From NCBI GenBank assembly GCA_964650355.1, contig CAZYTL010000004.1:3912-67911 (forward strand): DNA of 64,000 nt, in the 5' to 3' direction. Position numbers and translations under genes: made by a program. How positions within the stretch are numbered: position 1 is the first letter of the stretch; each line of letters starts with the position of its first letter. Shown piece by piece: positions 19,620-30,120 of this stretch. This DNA is from an uncultured Gammaproteobacteria bacterium. GTDB taxonomy: Bacteria; Patescibacteriota; Microgenomatia; CAYXHB01; CAZYTL01. The notes beneath the pieces are model-generated. The model searched no databases. It saw nothing but the letters and a program-made list of their open reading frames with translations, and was not told where the DNA came from.

Positions 19620-20807
19620 ATGCCTAAGCTCAATAAACTCACCAAAATCATTCTTTATATCTTAGTGGCTTTGATCCTCCGCTTCGTAGTTGTTGACCAA
19701 ATTTTGGAAAACGCCCAAACCTGGTGGTTGCAGGCCCTAGTTATCATTTTAGTCTTTAGCGTAGGCATCGGCTACGTCTTCCTCAACACTGCCAACGTTA
19801 TCGAAGAAACCACCGACGTCCTCAAAGATCGCACCAAATTGGCTGGTGGATTCCTTCAATCTTTCGGCACCGCCTTCCCTGATATGGTCATCGGCGTCGT
19901 TGCCGCCTACATTTCCTTACAGGTAAGAAACACCGACTACGTCCGTGCTATTAACCTGGCTATCATTGCCGCCGCCACCACCTTCGGCTCCAACATCTAC
20001 AACATCCTCCACGCCACCTGGTGCATCTATCGTCAAAACCTGGCCAACGCCGTTCACCACTCCACCTCCATGTTTCCTCCCTTCAAAGCCGGTGGCAGCT
20101 TAATTCCCTTTGAAGATCACCATCTTAAACCCTCCCTTGCCGAGATGGATAATTCCATCCGCATCTTAACCGCCTTAACTCTGCTCACTGCTTTTGTAGC
20201 CATCAGCATGGTCTTGTTCGGCCAGGTCAAAGGAGTTGAAGACCAAATCGCCGGCGATCTCTACCAACTGATCGCTCCTGTAGGCGCGATCCTTTTTGTC
20301 CTTTGCGTTGGTATCCTCTACTACTTCCGCAATAGTCAGCGGCCGGAATCTCCGGTCAAGGAGATCGTCAAAGAAGAACGGTATTATGATCATCAATCCT
20401 CTTCGCGTATTTGGCTAGATCTCATCTTATCCGGCATCGCCATCCTCTTCACCGCCGAAAGCATGGTCAGAACCATGGAAGCCTTTTCTCACCTCACCCA
20501 TATTCCCTTTGTCGTCACCGGTATCATGGCCGGACTGATCGGTTGTTTTGGTGAAATGATTGTCGTCCACAACTTCTCCGTTCACCCCAAGGGCCGCATC
20601 GGCGACGCTATAGTCGGCGTTGCCATGGACAATATCGTTACCACCCTCGGTGCCGCCATCGTCGCTATCATGGGCGGCATCTTCTTGGGCAGCAACTCGC
20701 TCATCCTCATCTTCATCATCATCTTAGCCTCTAACACCCTCCTAGTAGAACAAATCTCCAAGCTGAAAAACAGCCTCGCCACTATCAAAACAAAATCAGT
20801 TCCCTAA
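19620..20807 (+). CDS. Na+/Ca2+ exchanger (CaCA)-like membrane protein
   Basis: Multi-TM; FGTAFPD and FGSNIYN alpha-repeat-like motifs. Confidence 0.7.
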   Translation: MPKLNKLTKIILYILVALILRFVVVDQILENAQTWWLQALVIILVFSVGIGYVFLNTANVIEETTDVLKDRTKLAGGFLQSFGTAFPDMVIGVVAAYISLQVRNTDYVRAINLAIIAAATTFGSNIYNILHATWCIYRQNLANAVHHSTSMFPPFKAGGSLIPFEDHHLKPSLAEMDNSIRILTALTLLTAFVAISMVLFGQVKGVEDQIAGDLYQLIAPVGAILFVLCVGILYYFRNSQRPESPVKEIVKEERYYDHQSSSRIWLDLILSGIAILFTAESMVRTMEAFSHLTHIPFVVTGIMAGLIGCFGEMIVVHNFSVHPKGRIGDAIVGVAMDNIVTTLGAAIVAIMGGIFLGSNSLILIFIIILASNTLLVEQISKLKNSLATIKTKSVP

Positions 20808-21011
20808 ACTTGACGTCACATTCTAGCTATACTTCCCCTAGCCATCCTATTTCCTTCCTCATCTTTAATCTTTCTCAAACCTCTCATTCCATTGTCAATT
20901 CCGTAATATTACACGGCAATTTAGCTCCTATAAATACCTCCAAGACATAAGATATTTCCGATTCCAATTATCTTTCCCTTAATGTTATAGGGTAAACAAC
21001 CATCCTATTTT

Positions 21012-21467
21012 TCAAATATCATCGAGTCTCTTACTATAAATCATTGGTCCTGAAAAAAAATCTTCAGCCACAAAACTCACCAAATTAGGGGCAACACTCA
21101 GTCCTTCACCACTGAGACAAACATCTCCTCTTGTACTAAACCCCTGTCTTACTAGTCTTGTTCTCCTTTCATCTCCTGCTGGTAATTCTCCCTTTCTGGT
21201 TACTTCACTTTCTCCTTCCAAAACGGCCAAAACGACCACCGGGTTTATCCGCAGTTGTCCTGCTTTTGGATGATCATTTTCATATCTATCCGGTAACCTG
21301 TAACACTTACATGCCCTCACATGGATCTTAGTCGCATGGTCAGATCCACTCTTCATCTTAGGTACTCCGTCCATCACTATTCTCTCTAACAGGGAACACT
21401 GTGCACACCACGGTGAAGGTGCCATCGCTTCGATGCCTCGTATTTCTATTTTCTGTAGCTCACTCAT
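21012..21467 (-). CDS. Hypothetical Cys-containing protein
   Basis: Start MSELQ preceded by TGTATAAT; CAQC and CKC. Confidence 0.65.
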   Translation of the reverse strand: MSELQKIEIRGIEAMAPSPWCAQCSLLERIVMDGVPKMKSGSDHATKIHVRACKCYRLPDRYENDHPKAGQLRINPVVVLAVLEGESEVTRKGELPAGDERRTRLVRQGFSTRGDVCLSGEGLSVAPNLVSFVAEDFFSGPMIYSKRLDDI

Positions 21468-21519
21468 GGGTATTATTATACAATAATAAACTATAGGGTC
21501 AATGATCAATAAATAATTA

Positions 21520-23583
21520 CTACTTAAAATCCAACACAAATAACTTTCCGTCCACCACCCGGGTTTCAGCCGATAGAGAAAAACTCGCCGCCAAAAAACT
21601 CTCCTTAGTATTCTTATTCAAAATATATAACTGTTTTTCAGACCCTTGCCTATTCATAAAATACCACCTTTGACTATCTTCAAATAAATACTCCGCCGCT
21701 GGTAAAGAAAGCATCTGATGATAACCCGGAGTTGGACTTAACCCGATAACTTTCTCATTAGCCTTAACCGGTACCATATTCGCCACTGAATATTCCTCAT
21801 TGGTTCGCTCTAAACTATAAATAACCCCACTGGATCTTGGGCGGGCCACCGTCAGCCTGTCTTTATTAACTTCCAAAATCCGTGCTGATCGATCTGCCAT
21901 CAAACTCCGCTCGGCTAGCATTTCTTGTTTATCCACCACCCCATTTTCGACTGAATAAACAGTTATTTTGCTCGGCCTAGGAGCAGGCAGCACTTCATTA
22001 TAATCTCTCCCCAACACCAAAAACTTCCCTTTCCTATCAGCATACAGCAACCGGCTGATTTCCTCGTTGCAATACTTATTTCCTTCGTCTGTCACTGTCG
22101 CCATCTCCACTTTACTCCCGGAGACTAAATCTACCCGATAAAACTGTTCACGATTGCACGGTTCAGCATTATCAGTAGCAAAAGACTTGGAAACCAACAA
22201 CTTATGACCGTTATCGTCATATCCGTACAAATGAAAGAACCCTTCTATTTCTTCCTCATACAAAATCTTTGACTGTACCACGCCGGCGTTAGTCTCCAAA
22301 TCATTAAAATTTAGTTCGTGGACAAAAAACTGCTCTGTCCTAATGCTATAGTTCCGGATTAACCTTTCTGAAATCACCTTTGAAGTTACAAACAAAATTT
22401 TGCTTCCGTCATCCGATCTCCAAAAATCGTATAAAAACTCATCTTTATCAAAATATTGGGGATCCAAATTCCCTACTAAGCTTGACTGCCCTGCGCTCAT
22501 CTCATGCTCATACAACTGATTACCCACAATGTAATAAACCTTATCAGCGGTGATATTTACCCCCGACAAATCATAATATACGTCCTTCCCCGTATCAAAA
22601 CTGGTAACTCGCTCTCCCAAATTAGAATAAACCGTCACCATTCCCGCCTTTTTAGTCGTCAACACCTGATTAATCGAATTTACAATATCGTTCGACTGAG
22701 AATTCGTTGGCTGATTGGTATAACTAATCCCGTTCACTTGATACGCTTTAAAGGGCAGGAATGAATCATTCACCGACCGGTCGTAACTTCCCATCACCAA
22801 AAACGAATTTTCATTCGTATCCAAAGCGTTGCAATACAAATCAGTGGGGGTCAACTCATGACAAACCCTTCCCGCATGCCCTTCACAAATCTCCAATCCA
22901 TTAGGACAACTCGACACTGCTCCTTCAACACCTTTAATCTTGCCATAAATACTGTAATAAACCATCTTTTCTTTTTCTCCTGGTAGACTGAAAATTGCAT
23001 CCGGAGTTATCTTTACGCGATAACCTCCCGGCTTACACACCTCCGGATTTGCCATCGCAAAATCCGACTGTGTACACCGCGCTCTGTCCTGAATTACCAC
23101 TATTCCCCGCACTACTACCTGGCTCCCAAACGGAATCTGATGCGCTACTTCTTCCGAGACCCCATACCCATTCAATTCCACTCCCCTAAACCTTAAATCC
23201 TGTATATAAATCGGATTTGGAGCTAAAGAATTATCTGACCTAAACAAATAACCCACTCCCGGTGTCAACATTGTCTCTTCCACATAACCTGTTAGCTGCA
23301 CCTCCTCACCCTCACATAAATTTCCCTCGGTAATCTTACAAAAGTCGCCTCCACGCACCAACCCGTTGCTTACCTGGTTACCCCAACCCAACCACTTCCA
23401 TCCCTGTCCCTGAGTTCCTAACCTCATTACCACTACCACTAACCCGAATAACGCTGCCAACAGCCAAATCCACATCACCGGCCTATCAAAAACAGCTCTC
23501 TCCCCTTTTAACCCCACCCGCCCATTTACCACTACCTTGTCTCTCTCTCCCTGCTTCTCGACCATCATGTCCCTTTCCTCCAT
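21520..23583 (-). CDS. Membrane-anchored extracellular protein (Cys-rich N-terminal half, beta-propeller-like C-terminal half)
   Basis: Single N-terminal TM, paired Cys, beta-rich sequence. Confidence 0.7.
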   Translation of the reverse strand: MEERDMMVEKQGERDKVVVNGRVGLKGERAVFDRPVMWIWLLAALFGLVVVVMRLGTQGQGWKWLGWGNQVSNGLVRGGDFCKITEGNLCEGEEVQLTGYVEETMLTPGVGYLFRSDNSLAPNPIYIQDLRFRGVELNGYGVSEEVAHQIPFGSQVVVRGIVVIQDRARCTQSDFAMANPEVCKPGGYRVKITPDAIFSLPGEKEKMVYYSIYGKIKGVEGAVSSCPNGLEICEGHAGRVCHELTPTDLYCNALDTNENSFLVMGSYDRSVNDSFLPFKAYQVNGISYTNQPTNSQSNDIVNSINQVLTTKKAGMVTVYSNLGERVTSFDTGKDVYYDLSGVNITADKVYYIVGNQLYEHEMSAGQSSLVGNLDPQYFDKDEFLYDFWRSDDGSKILFVTSKVISERLIRNYSIRTEQFFVHELNFNDLETNAGVVQSKILYEEEIEGFFHLYGYDDNGHKLLVSKSFATDNAEPCNREQFYRVDLVSGSKVEMATVTDEGNKYCNEEISRLLYADRKGKFLVLGRDYNEVLPAPRPSKITVYSVENGVVDKQEMLAERSLMADRSARILEVNKDRLTVARPRSSGVIYSLERTNEEYSVANMVPVKANEKVIGLSPTPGYHQMLSLPAAEYLFEDSQRWYFMNRQGSEKQLYILNKNTKESFLAASFSLSAETRVVDGKLFVLDFK

Positions 23584-23636
23584 ACCTACTTTCAGAATAC
23601 CTGTAAACCACATCTCTCATCAAGTGAACCATCGTC

Positions 23637-24833
23637 TCAAACCCTGTCTGCCGTTAAATCAAACTTAAACCCCTTCCTTTTCACCGTCTTTAAACTCTTT
23701 TGCGCCACATTTAACCGTGATAACTTTTTCCTTAATCGGGTAATTATCTGATCCAGTGCCCAGTCAGAATAATCCCCTTCCTTTCCCTCTCCCCAAATCT
23801 CCTTTGCCAACTGCTGTCGACTCACCACCACCCCTTGATTCTTCAGCAAATATACCAAAACCGTCTTCTCCTTCGTCGAAAAGTGGCTACTCACATTCAC
23901 TCCATTCAACACCACCATCGAGTCATCCGTTACCTGCATCTTCACTGGAGTTTCCAACTTAACAATAAAATCTTCTAAAATCGGAACTTGTAAAGCATAC
24001 CCGTTTTTCGTCCTCTCCAGCACCTGAATCTTCCTCAAAAAATTTAATGAATGCCTTTCCGTCTTAGAAAAATCCGCTTGCCCCTTTACCACTTTTAATA
24101 TCACCGCTTTCTCACTGGGCAAAAACCTCTCCCACGTCACCTCCAACTTAATCTTCATATCTTCTGTTTGGAGTAATTCTCTTACAAAGAAGCCTGGATT
24201 ATTCCTAAACGTCCTCATTGCCTGCACCACCAGCCAAAAATAACCTCCACAGTTATTAACTATCATCTGTCTCACCCTATTAGACGGATTCACCTTCCAC
24301 TTATAACTTAAATAAGTAATCAATTGCTCACTATCCTCTCTACCATAAAGAGGGAAAAAAATTGTATTCATCAAAAAAATGTTGTACTGACTTATAATCG
24401 GCCAATAGTCAGGATGCGTATAATCCGTGTTAAAAAATAATAAATACGACCAATGATTTTTCACTTTTAATTCCGCCAAATCGTGTAAGATATCCAGTCT
24501 CTTTTCCTTCAGCAGCACATCTGCCCCCAAAACAAAATATACCGTTTTGGACGATCTTACTTCGTTCGTTTGTCCGGAAAACAGTAACTTCCTTAAATCA
24601 TGTTCATCCTCAAGCGGAGAAGCCTCTAAATCAATTACTTTGACCTCAATACCCTCGCTTTTGAAATATTTCTCCACTAACTGCTCATCTTCCATCAACT
24701 GTTGAATTCTCCTCCAGGCATTATGTTTAGAATTCATATAAATACAGGCAGACTCCTCATATTTAGCCACTTGAGCCCACTGCTCTACCATTGAATTAAA
24801 AGTTTTTTTCGTAATCCTGACTGGTTTCTCCAT
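23637..24833 (-). CDS. Regulator with a degenerate NTPase-like N-terminus and an OmpR/PhoB-type wHTH
   Basis: VVSRQQLAKEIWG...ALDQIITRLRKKL...KTVKRKGF; no receiver domain; NCGGYFWL. Confidence 0.8.
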   Translation of the reverse strand: MEKPVRITKKTFNSMVEQWAQVAKYEESACIYMNSKHNAWRRIQQLMEDEQLVEKYFKSEGIEVKVIDLEASPLEDEHDLRKLLFSGQTNEVRSSKTVYFVLGADVLLKEKRLDILHDLAELKVKNHWSYLLFFNTDYTHPDYWPIISQYNIFLMNTIFFPLYGREDSEQLITYLSYKWKVNPSNRVRQMIVNNCGGYFWLVVQAMRTFRNNPGFFVRELLQTEDMKIKLEVTWERFLPSEKAVILKVVKGQADFSKTERHSLNFLRKIQVLERTKNGYALQVPILEDFIVKLETPVKMQVTDDSMVVLNGVNVSSHFSTKEKTVLVYLLKNQGVVVSRQQLAKEIWGEGKEGDYSDWALDQIITRLRKKLSRLNVAQKSLKTVKRKGFKFDLTADRV

Positions 24834-24973
24834 AATTCTGACAAATTACCATAACAAACACCCATTATTATAGCATAGTTCAGCCCTAATTGATAATTTA
24901 CTATCAGAAATTCTATCAAGCAAATCCCAGCTAAACAAACTACCATACACCCATATTAATTCCAACCACATCT

Positions 24974-25456
24974 ATGAATATCGCCTTATTTCCGGGAAGA
25001 TTTCAACCTTTCCATCTTGGGCATCTCTCCACCATTAAATATATCTTAAATGAAAACCATCTAGTGATTATTGCCATCAGGGACTGCTTTCTCAACAAAA
25101 AAAACCCCTTCTCCGCCCAAGAACGGGGTTGGATAATCGCCCAATCATTAGTTGAAAACCAAATTGACATTACCAGATGCACCATCTCTACTATTCCTGA
25201 CATTAATCCAGATTGGATTAATCAAATAAAAAAACGTCATCATTTTGATAAGGTCTATACCGGTAATCCTAAAATCAAGCGCATCTTCAAAAACAGTTCT
25301 TATCCAGTCGTTCGCATCGATAAAAAGTATCAAGATGGAGACTACTCTGCCACAGAAATCAGAAACCGTTTGCGCAAAAACAAGGACCTCACCGCTTTTA
25401 TTTCTCCTCAAGCCAACAAACTCATCCACCAAATATACTTCCGCCAATTCACCTAA
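24974..25456 (+). CDS. Nicotinamide-nucleotide adenylyltransferase (NadM-like)
   Basis: GRFQPFHLGH, NPFSAQER and SATEIR motifs. Confidence 0.88.
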   Translation: MNIALFPGRFQPFHLGHLSTIKYILNENHLVIIAIRDCFLNKKNPFSAQERGWIIAQSLVENQIDITRCTISTIPDINPDWINQIKKRHHFDKVYTGNPKIKRIFKNSSYPVVRIDKKYQDGDYSATEIRNRLRKNKDLTAFISPQANKLIHQIYFRQFT

Positions 25457-25501
25457 TCAATCTTCCCCCCTTCAATAGACATCTAAATCAATTGATGAGC
25501 A

Positions 25502-26292
25502 TCATTCGACATCCAAAATCCTCAGCCGTCCTTCCACCTCTCCTTCCTTAACTTTGTTAACAAATCCCGTCAAATCTCCAACTAATTTTTCCTTCAGTTC
25601 ATCTTTATTTAATCTTGCGCTCCTCATATTAACGTGCATCACCGGATATCTATTTTTGTGTGCCAATTTCAGCACGTCGGCTACTCTAGACTTCCACTTT
25701 TTCCACTCACTAGCAGCATCATATTCACCTTCAAAATCAATTTTTCCCCTTAATTGCTCTCTTTCAGGTATCACTTGCATCCATTCTGGTGAAGTAGGAG
25801 CCAATAATATTATTCCCGCTGGTGGATGGTGCTTCATCATAAACTCCAGATCTAATTCAGAGTAAGGCCCGCCAGACATTAAAACTACCGAATCAGAGCT
25901 GCAAGTATTTAAATAGTCCTGTAATAACCAATCAGCCACTTCTTGAGGAATCGGCTCGTGATTCTGATAACAGTTTTCAATCTCATCTACCAACGCCTTC
26001 CCTCTGATTACATTTGATTTTACATCTTCACCCTCAATTCCAGCCTCCGTTATCTTTTGGATAAACATCTCTCTTTTTTTCTCTTATCTTCTGGTCCATC
26101 TCCGGATTTACCAATCAAATTTTCTTCTAAATATCTTCCTATGGAAAAAACATGTACGTTACCAGCTAACTCCTCTTTTAATGCCTGAATAACCGTGTCC
26201 TTACCTATCGCATGTGGTCCAATTACTCCAATTACGGTGGGCTCCTTTTTCTCTACCTCCGGACTGACGAGAGACTCGAATGATTCCACCAT
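25502..26292 (-). CDS. P-loop kinase-like protein split by a frameshift at an A7 tract (26074-26080)
   Basis: Walker A GPHAIGKD in the 5' ORF; adding one A fuses it to ORF 25502-26068. Confidence 0.65.
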
Positions 26293-26294
26293 GC

Positions 26295-26765
26295 TTAGAC
26301 AATCTCAATAATCTCCAACTTCTCATTAAACTTATGATAAGTAAACACCACCTCATTATTCCCCTCATCAGTTGCCAACTGGAGATGCCTCTTCAAATCA
26401 GGATATAGTTTAGGATCATCTATTGCCTCACCTAAAGGCATCCACATCGGTTTCCCTTCCTCTGACTCTTTTAACTCTCCCTTAAACTTCTTGGCCACAA
26501 AGATGAACACCAAGTAAAGCCTCTCCCTATAATAATGATTATGCGTCGCCACGATCCTTAACTCAGGATCAATCGCCTGAATTCCCGTCTCCTCATACGT
26601 CTCCCTCACTGCTGCCCGCAGCGGAGTTTCATCCACCTCTTGCTTACCACCCGGTAACATCAACCAACCAGGAAAATCTTTCAAGTCATTACTTCTCTTT
26701 ATTACCAACAGTTTTCCATCATTGATAATCAGCATATTGGTCGTCGACACAAAATCGTAAGCCAT
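26295..26765 (-). CDS. NUDIX hydrolase (MutT-like)
   Basis: Nudix box GGKQEVDETPLRAAVRETYEETGI. Confidence 0.92.
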   Translation of the reverse strand: MAYDFVSTTNMLIINDGKLLVIKRSNDLKDFPGWLMLPGGKQEVDETPLRAAVRETYEETGIQAIDPELRIVATHNHYYRERLYLVFIFVAKKFKGELKESEEGKPMWMPLGEAIDDPKLYPDLKRHLQLATDEGNNEVVFTYHKFNEKLEIIEIV

Positions 26766-26795
26766 GTCCTAATTATATAACACCCTAAAATAAGC

Positions 26796-27363
26796 TTACT
26801 TTCTCTTCAGTCTCATATAGATGCATTTTGCCTCAAGACCTGCTGTCCATTCTGGCCAGTGACGGGTAAAATAACCTTTTTTTTCCCCTCGTGATATCAA
26901 GTTTCCATTCCCACTTTTTATAAATTTCAATTGCCCTTGTATTGTGAGTATAAATATCCAAAATAAGGTCTTTGTTTACTGCAAATTCTAATGCGAGCTC
27001 ATATAACTTTTTGCCGATCCCTAAGTTTTGGTATTCGGGTGCCACATAAAAGCCGGTCAACTCACATTCGTCTTTAGCTTGATGAATACAAGTAATTGAA
27101 CCAACCATCTTAGAATTCGTAAAAGCAAGCCAGGTTCTCTGTTTCTTATTGTTAATCAGATGCGATTTAAGATAGTCTTGGGTACTTTCCGAAACAAAAA
27201 CCTTTCTTGAAAAGCAGTCTTTCGTTAATCCCAAAGAATCTTCTGTATATGCATCAGTATACGTTCTTTGCAGTAAATCCGTATATTCCTGAAGATCTTT
27301 TAGCGTAGACAATCTCATCAAAATCTTCATCTCGCCAGCGACAAAACGAACAGGCTCAGACAT
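26796..27363 (-). CDS. GNAT acetyltransferase, frameshifted at an A8 tract (26877-26884)
   Basis: YVAPEYQNLGIGKKL motif A; removing one A gives the C-terminus GYFTRHWPEWTAGLEAKCIYMRLKRK*. Confidence 0.8.
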
Positions 27364-27400
27364 AAGTACATTTTAACAAAATCTCCTCACGACTAATAAA

Positions 27401-27467
27401 TCACAATGGTATCTCCCTCTCCAGCAAATCCTCAAAACATGGAATTCAGTTGCTCATCGCTAATCGC
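27401..27467 (-). repeat. Gene 3'-end remnant, copy 1 (pairs with 28714-28776)
   Basis: 27410-27436 vs 28720-28746 match at 26/27 nt; both encode FEDLLERxI before a stop. Confidence 0.75.
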
Positions 27468-27521
27468 CAGCAAGATCAACCGGCAACATAAACTCGTTCA
27501 ACATTCAACCCCCATCTCTTC

Positions 27522-28595
27522 CTAAGCTTGGTTTAGAATCTCTCTATATAATTTTTCATGCTCATCAATTACTCGCTCTATCGAGAACAAATCAACCACC
27601 CGCTGGTGACAATCCGCTCTATCAATCTGATCAATATCCTTAACTGCCTTAATCATCTCTTCAAAGCTATTAACCACAAAACCAGTCTTCTTATGTTCAA
27701 CCAATTCAGGAGCCGACCCTCTATCATAAGTAATCACCGGTGTACCACAACACTGTGACTCAGCCATCACGTACCCAAATGCTTCCGCCCAATGGATAGG
27801 ATTAATAAAAGCTTTGGCATTGCGAAATAACTTAGCTACCTGTTTCCTCGTCGCTTCTCCGTAATAAACAATTTGCTTATTATCAACCTGGGGTTTAATT
27901 TTCTCTTGCCAATACTTAAACCATATTGAATTCTGCTTATCTATCGGTCCGGCTAGAATCAATTTCTCATTCACCGCTTTAGCTAGCTTTATGGCTTCAT
28001 GTGTACCCTTTTCTGGTCTGATCTTTCCTATCCAAACTAAATAATCACCTTTACGGGGGTTATATGGATACTCATCAATATAAACTCCATGATAGATATT
28101 AGCTACCCAATTTAACGAATTCCAGCCCTTTCTCTGTCTATAACTAATTGACACAAAATTGTTATGAGGAAATCTCTTTAGCAACAATCTTTTTTCTTTA
28201 TCAACTGCTTTCGTAGTCGGGAGAACACTATGAGTTGTAAAAACTGTCTTTGTCTTTGTTAGCTCTGGCAGAGGCAAAGACAAATAATCTTGATATAAAC
28301 ACAGAGGCAAATGAATAATATCAAACTCTTCCCTCTTGAGAAAAGCACTTATAAAGTTTAAATAAGGATAAGTCACGTTGCTCCAGGGAATCCCGGCTCT
28401 CCAAATCGGTTTGGGATAAACAGAAACTAACTTAGCCTTGGTTTTTGCCGTCCCAGCCGCAAATAAAGGCACCTCATGTCCTCTTGCTAATAACCCTTCT
28501 GTGAGCATAGATACACTCGCCTCAACTCCCCCATATTTAGGCGGCGGGATCCTTTCCCACATCGGACCAACTTGAGCAATTCTTAACCTTTTCAT
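27522..28595 (-). CDS. Glycosyltransferase family 4
   Basis: IPPPKYGGVE, KGTHEAI and EAFGYVMAESQCCGTPVI motifs. Confidence 0.92.
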   Translation of the reverse strand: MKRLRIAQVGPMWERIPPPKYGGVEASVSMLTEGLLARGHEVPLFAAGTAKTKAKLVSVYPKPIWRAGIPWSNVTYPYLNFISAFLKREEFDIIHLPLCLYQDYLSLPLPELTKTKTVFTTHSVLPTTKAVDKEKRLLLKRFPHNNFVSISYRQRKGWNSLNWVANIYHGVYIDEYPYNPRKGDYLVWIGKIRPEKGTHEAIKLAKAVNEKLILAGPIDKQNSIWFKYWQEKIKPQVDNKQIVYYGEATRKQVAKLFRNAKAFINPIHWAEAFGYVMAESQCCGTPVITYDRGSAPELVEHKKTGFVVNSFEEMIKAVKDIDQIDRADCHQRVVDLFSIERVIDEHEKLYREILNQA

Positions 28596-28713
28596 ATCGG
28601 AATTTATTTGCTCGTTATTTTAATAGAATTAGCAAACGCACACAACCAGAAATTGGCTACCTATAGGACCTTAAATTCAAACTGCTCTCCATATTTTCTA
28701 CCCTAAACCTAAT

Positions 28714-28776
28714 TTACGCTATCTTCCTCTCCAGCAAATCCTCAAATATGACCTTCAACTGGTCAACATTAATTGC
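28714..28776 (-). repeat. Gene 3'-end remnant, copy 2
   Basis: Encodes AINVDQLKVIFEDLLERKIA*; homologous to 27401-27467. Confidence 0.75.
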
Positions 28777-28808
28777 ATTCCGCACAAAACAAGTTTTAGA
28801 ATCATCTT

Positions 28809-29525
28809 ATGTTCACCGCCGTCATCATCACTCTCACCCTCATCGCTTCTACAATTGGTACCTCCACCGGCTTTGGCACTTCCACCATTCTCATTCCCTT
28901 TCTTTCTCTATATTATCCCTTACCTGAAACTCTCCTCTTCGTCGGCATCATCCATTGGTTCGGCAACGTCTGGAAAATGTTTTTCTTCAAACAAGGCCTT
29001 AACTGGAAACTTGTCCTTCTCTTCGGACTGCCCGGCATCATCATCAGCTTCATGGCCTCTCAACTCCCCACCACTTTAGACAACCAAACACTCAAAAAAA
29101 TCTTGGGCCTCTTTTTAATCGCTTACGTGATTTTCATCTTTCTCAGACCCAGGTGGAAAATAGCCAAAAACAACCTCAACGCCGTCCTCGGAGGCAGCCT
29201 GTCAGGATTTTTCGCCGGCATTTTCGGCGTCGGCGGAGCGGTCAGAAGCGCCTTCCTTTCTGCTTTTAACCTAGATAAAAGCGTCTACCTATTTACCTCC
29301 GGCGCTATCGCCATCCTCATCGACACCTCCAGACTCACAGGATATCAATTAAGCGGCATTCGCCTTCAGACTTTCCAGCTCTCCGCCCTCATCTTCGCCA
29401 TCACCGCTTCTTTATTCGGCGCTTATCTAGCCAAGACCTTCCTCACCAAAGTTCCGGCCGCCCAATTCCGCCTCCTCATCGCTCTGGCGTTACTCATCGT
29501 CGGTCTCCGCTACTTTGTTTCCTAA
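28809..29525 (+). CDS. Sulfite exporter TauE/SafE family protein
   Basis: GFGTSTILIP, GFFAGIFGVGG and multiple TM segments. Confidence 0.9.
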   Translation: MFTAVIITLTLIASTIGTSTGFGTSTILIPFLSLYYPLPETLLFVGIIHWFGNVWKMFFFKQGLNWKLVLLFGLPGIIISFMASQLPTTLDNQTLKKILGLFLIAYVIFIFLRPRWKIAKNNLNAVLGGSLSGFFAGIFGVGGAVRSAFLSAFNLDKSVYLFTSGAIAILIDTSRLTGYQLSGIRLQTFQLSALIFAITASLFGAYLAKTFLTKVPAAQFRLLIALALLIVGLRYFVS

Positions 29526-29632
29526 ACCCTTCCTCACGCGCCACTTTACCTATGGCCTAAATATTCCCCTCTGCCTAGCCCACTCTTTCTCCTTACTTAC
29601 CAGATAAAAATCTTCATTCCAGAAACAGATTA

Positions 29633-29860
29633 CTAAATTTCCACCTGCTCTAAAAATTTTTCTACTCCAGCTCTATACTCAGGTGTATCTGTCTCTCCAT
29701 GCACAGTCTCGCTGTGTACCACTACTGCATCAATTAAATGTGCTTTTTGATCCACCGGGGCAGCAATCACCAGTTTGCAATTAGATTCGCTGGGTATCTT
29801 TCCGCAGTCGCTCACCAACCATTTACCCGGAGTTAAACCTAAATCACTTACATTTGCCAT
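29633..29860 (-). CDS. DUF1059-like small metal-binding protein
   Basis: DCGKIPSESNC...H..TVHG; strong SD AAGGAGGTGA. Confidence 0.7.
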   Translation of the reverse strand: MANVSDLGLTPGKWLVSDCGKIPSESNCKLVIAAPVDQKAHLIDAVVVHSETVHGETDTPEYRAGVEKFLEQVEI

Positions 29861-29975
29861 CTTTCATCACCTCCTTTCGCATACATTAAAAGTACTAATC
29901 ATCTGCGATCCTCCAAAGTCGCTCTTCGAGCCGCCCTTACTAATGAAGAAAGGCTCGAAGGAAGACGAGGAGGAC
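29861..29975 (-). promoter_or_regulatory. Structured 5' leader of the DUF1059-like gene
   Basis: Inverted repeats CTTCGAGCC/GGCTCGAAG (29924-32/29952-60) and TCCTCC/GGAGGA (29909-14/29969-74); second hairpin next to the SD. Confidence 0.55.
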
Positions 29976-30120
29976 AATAATAATTTAACTTTCAACTTCA
30001 AAAATCAACACCCATCCACCATACCCTTCCCGTCATTTAATATAAGTAATCTGAATTACATACCCATCAATATCCCAGATCAAAGAAAGAAAATCCCCCC
30101 AACCTATTACCGCACCTAAA

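Noticed and set aside
24974-26765. NadM, kinase and Nudix as one NAD salvage operon
   Set aside because: NadM is convergent to the other two and the region is mosaic, so the linkage may be chance.
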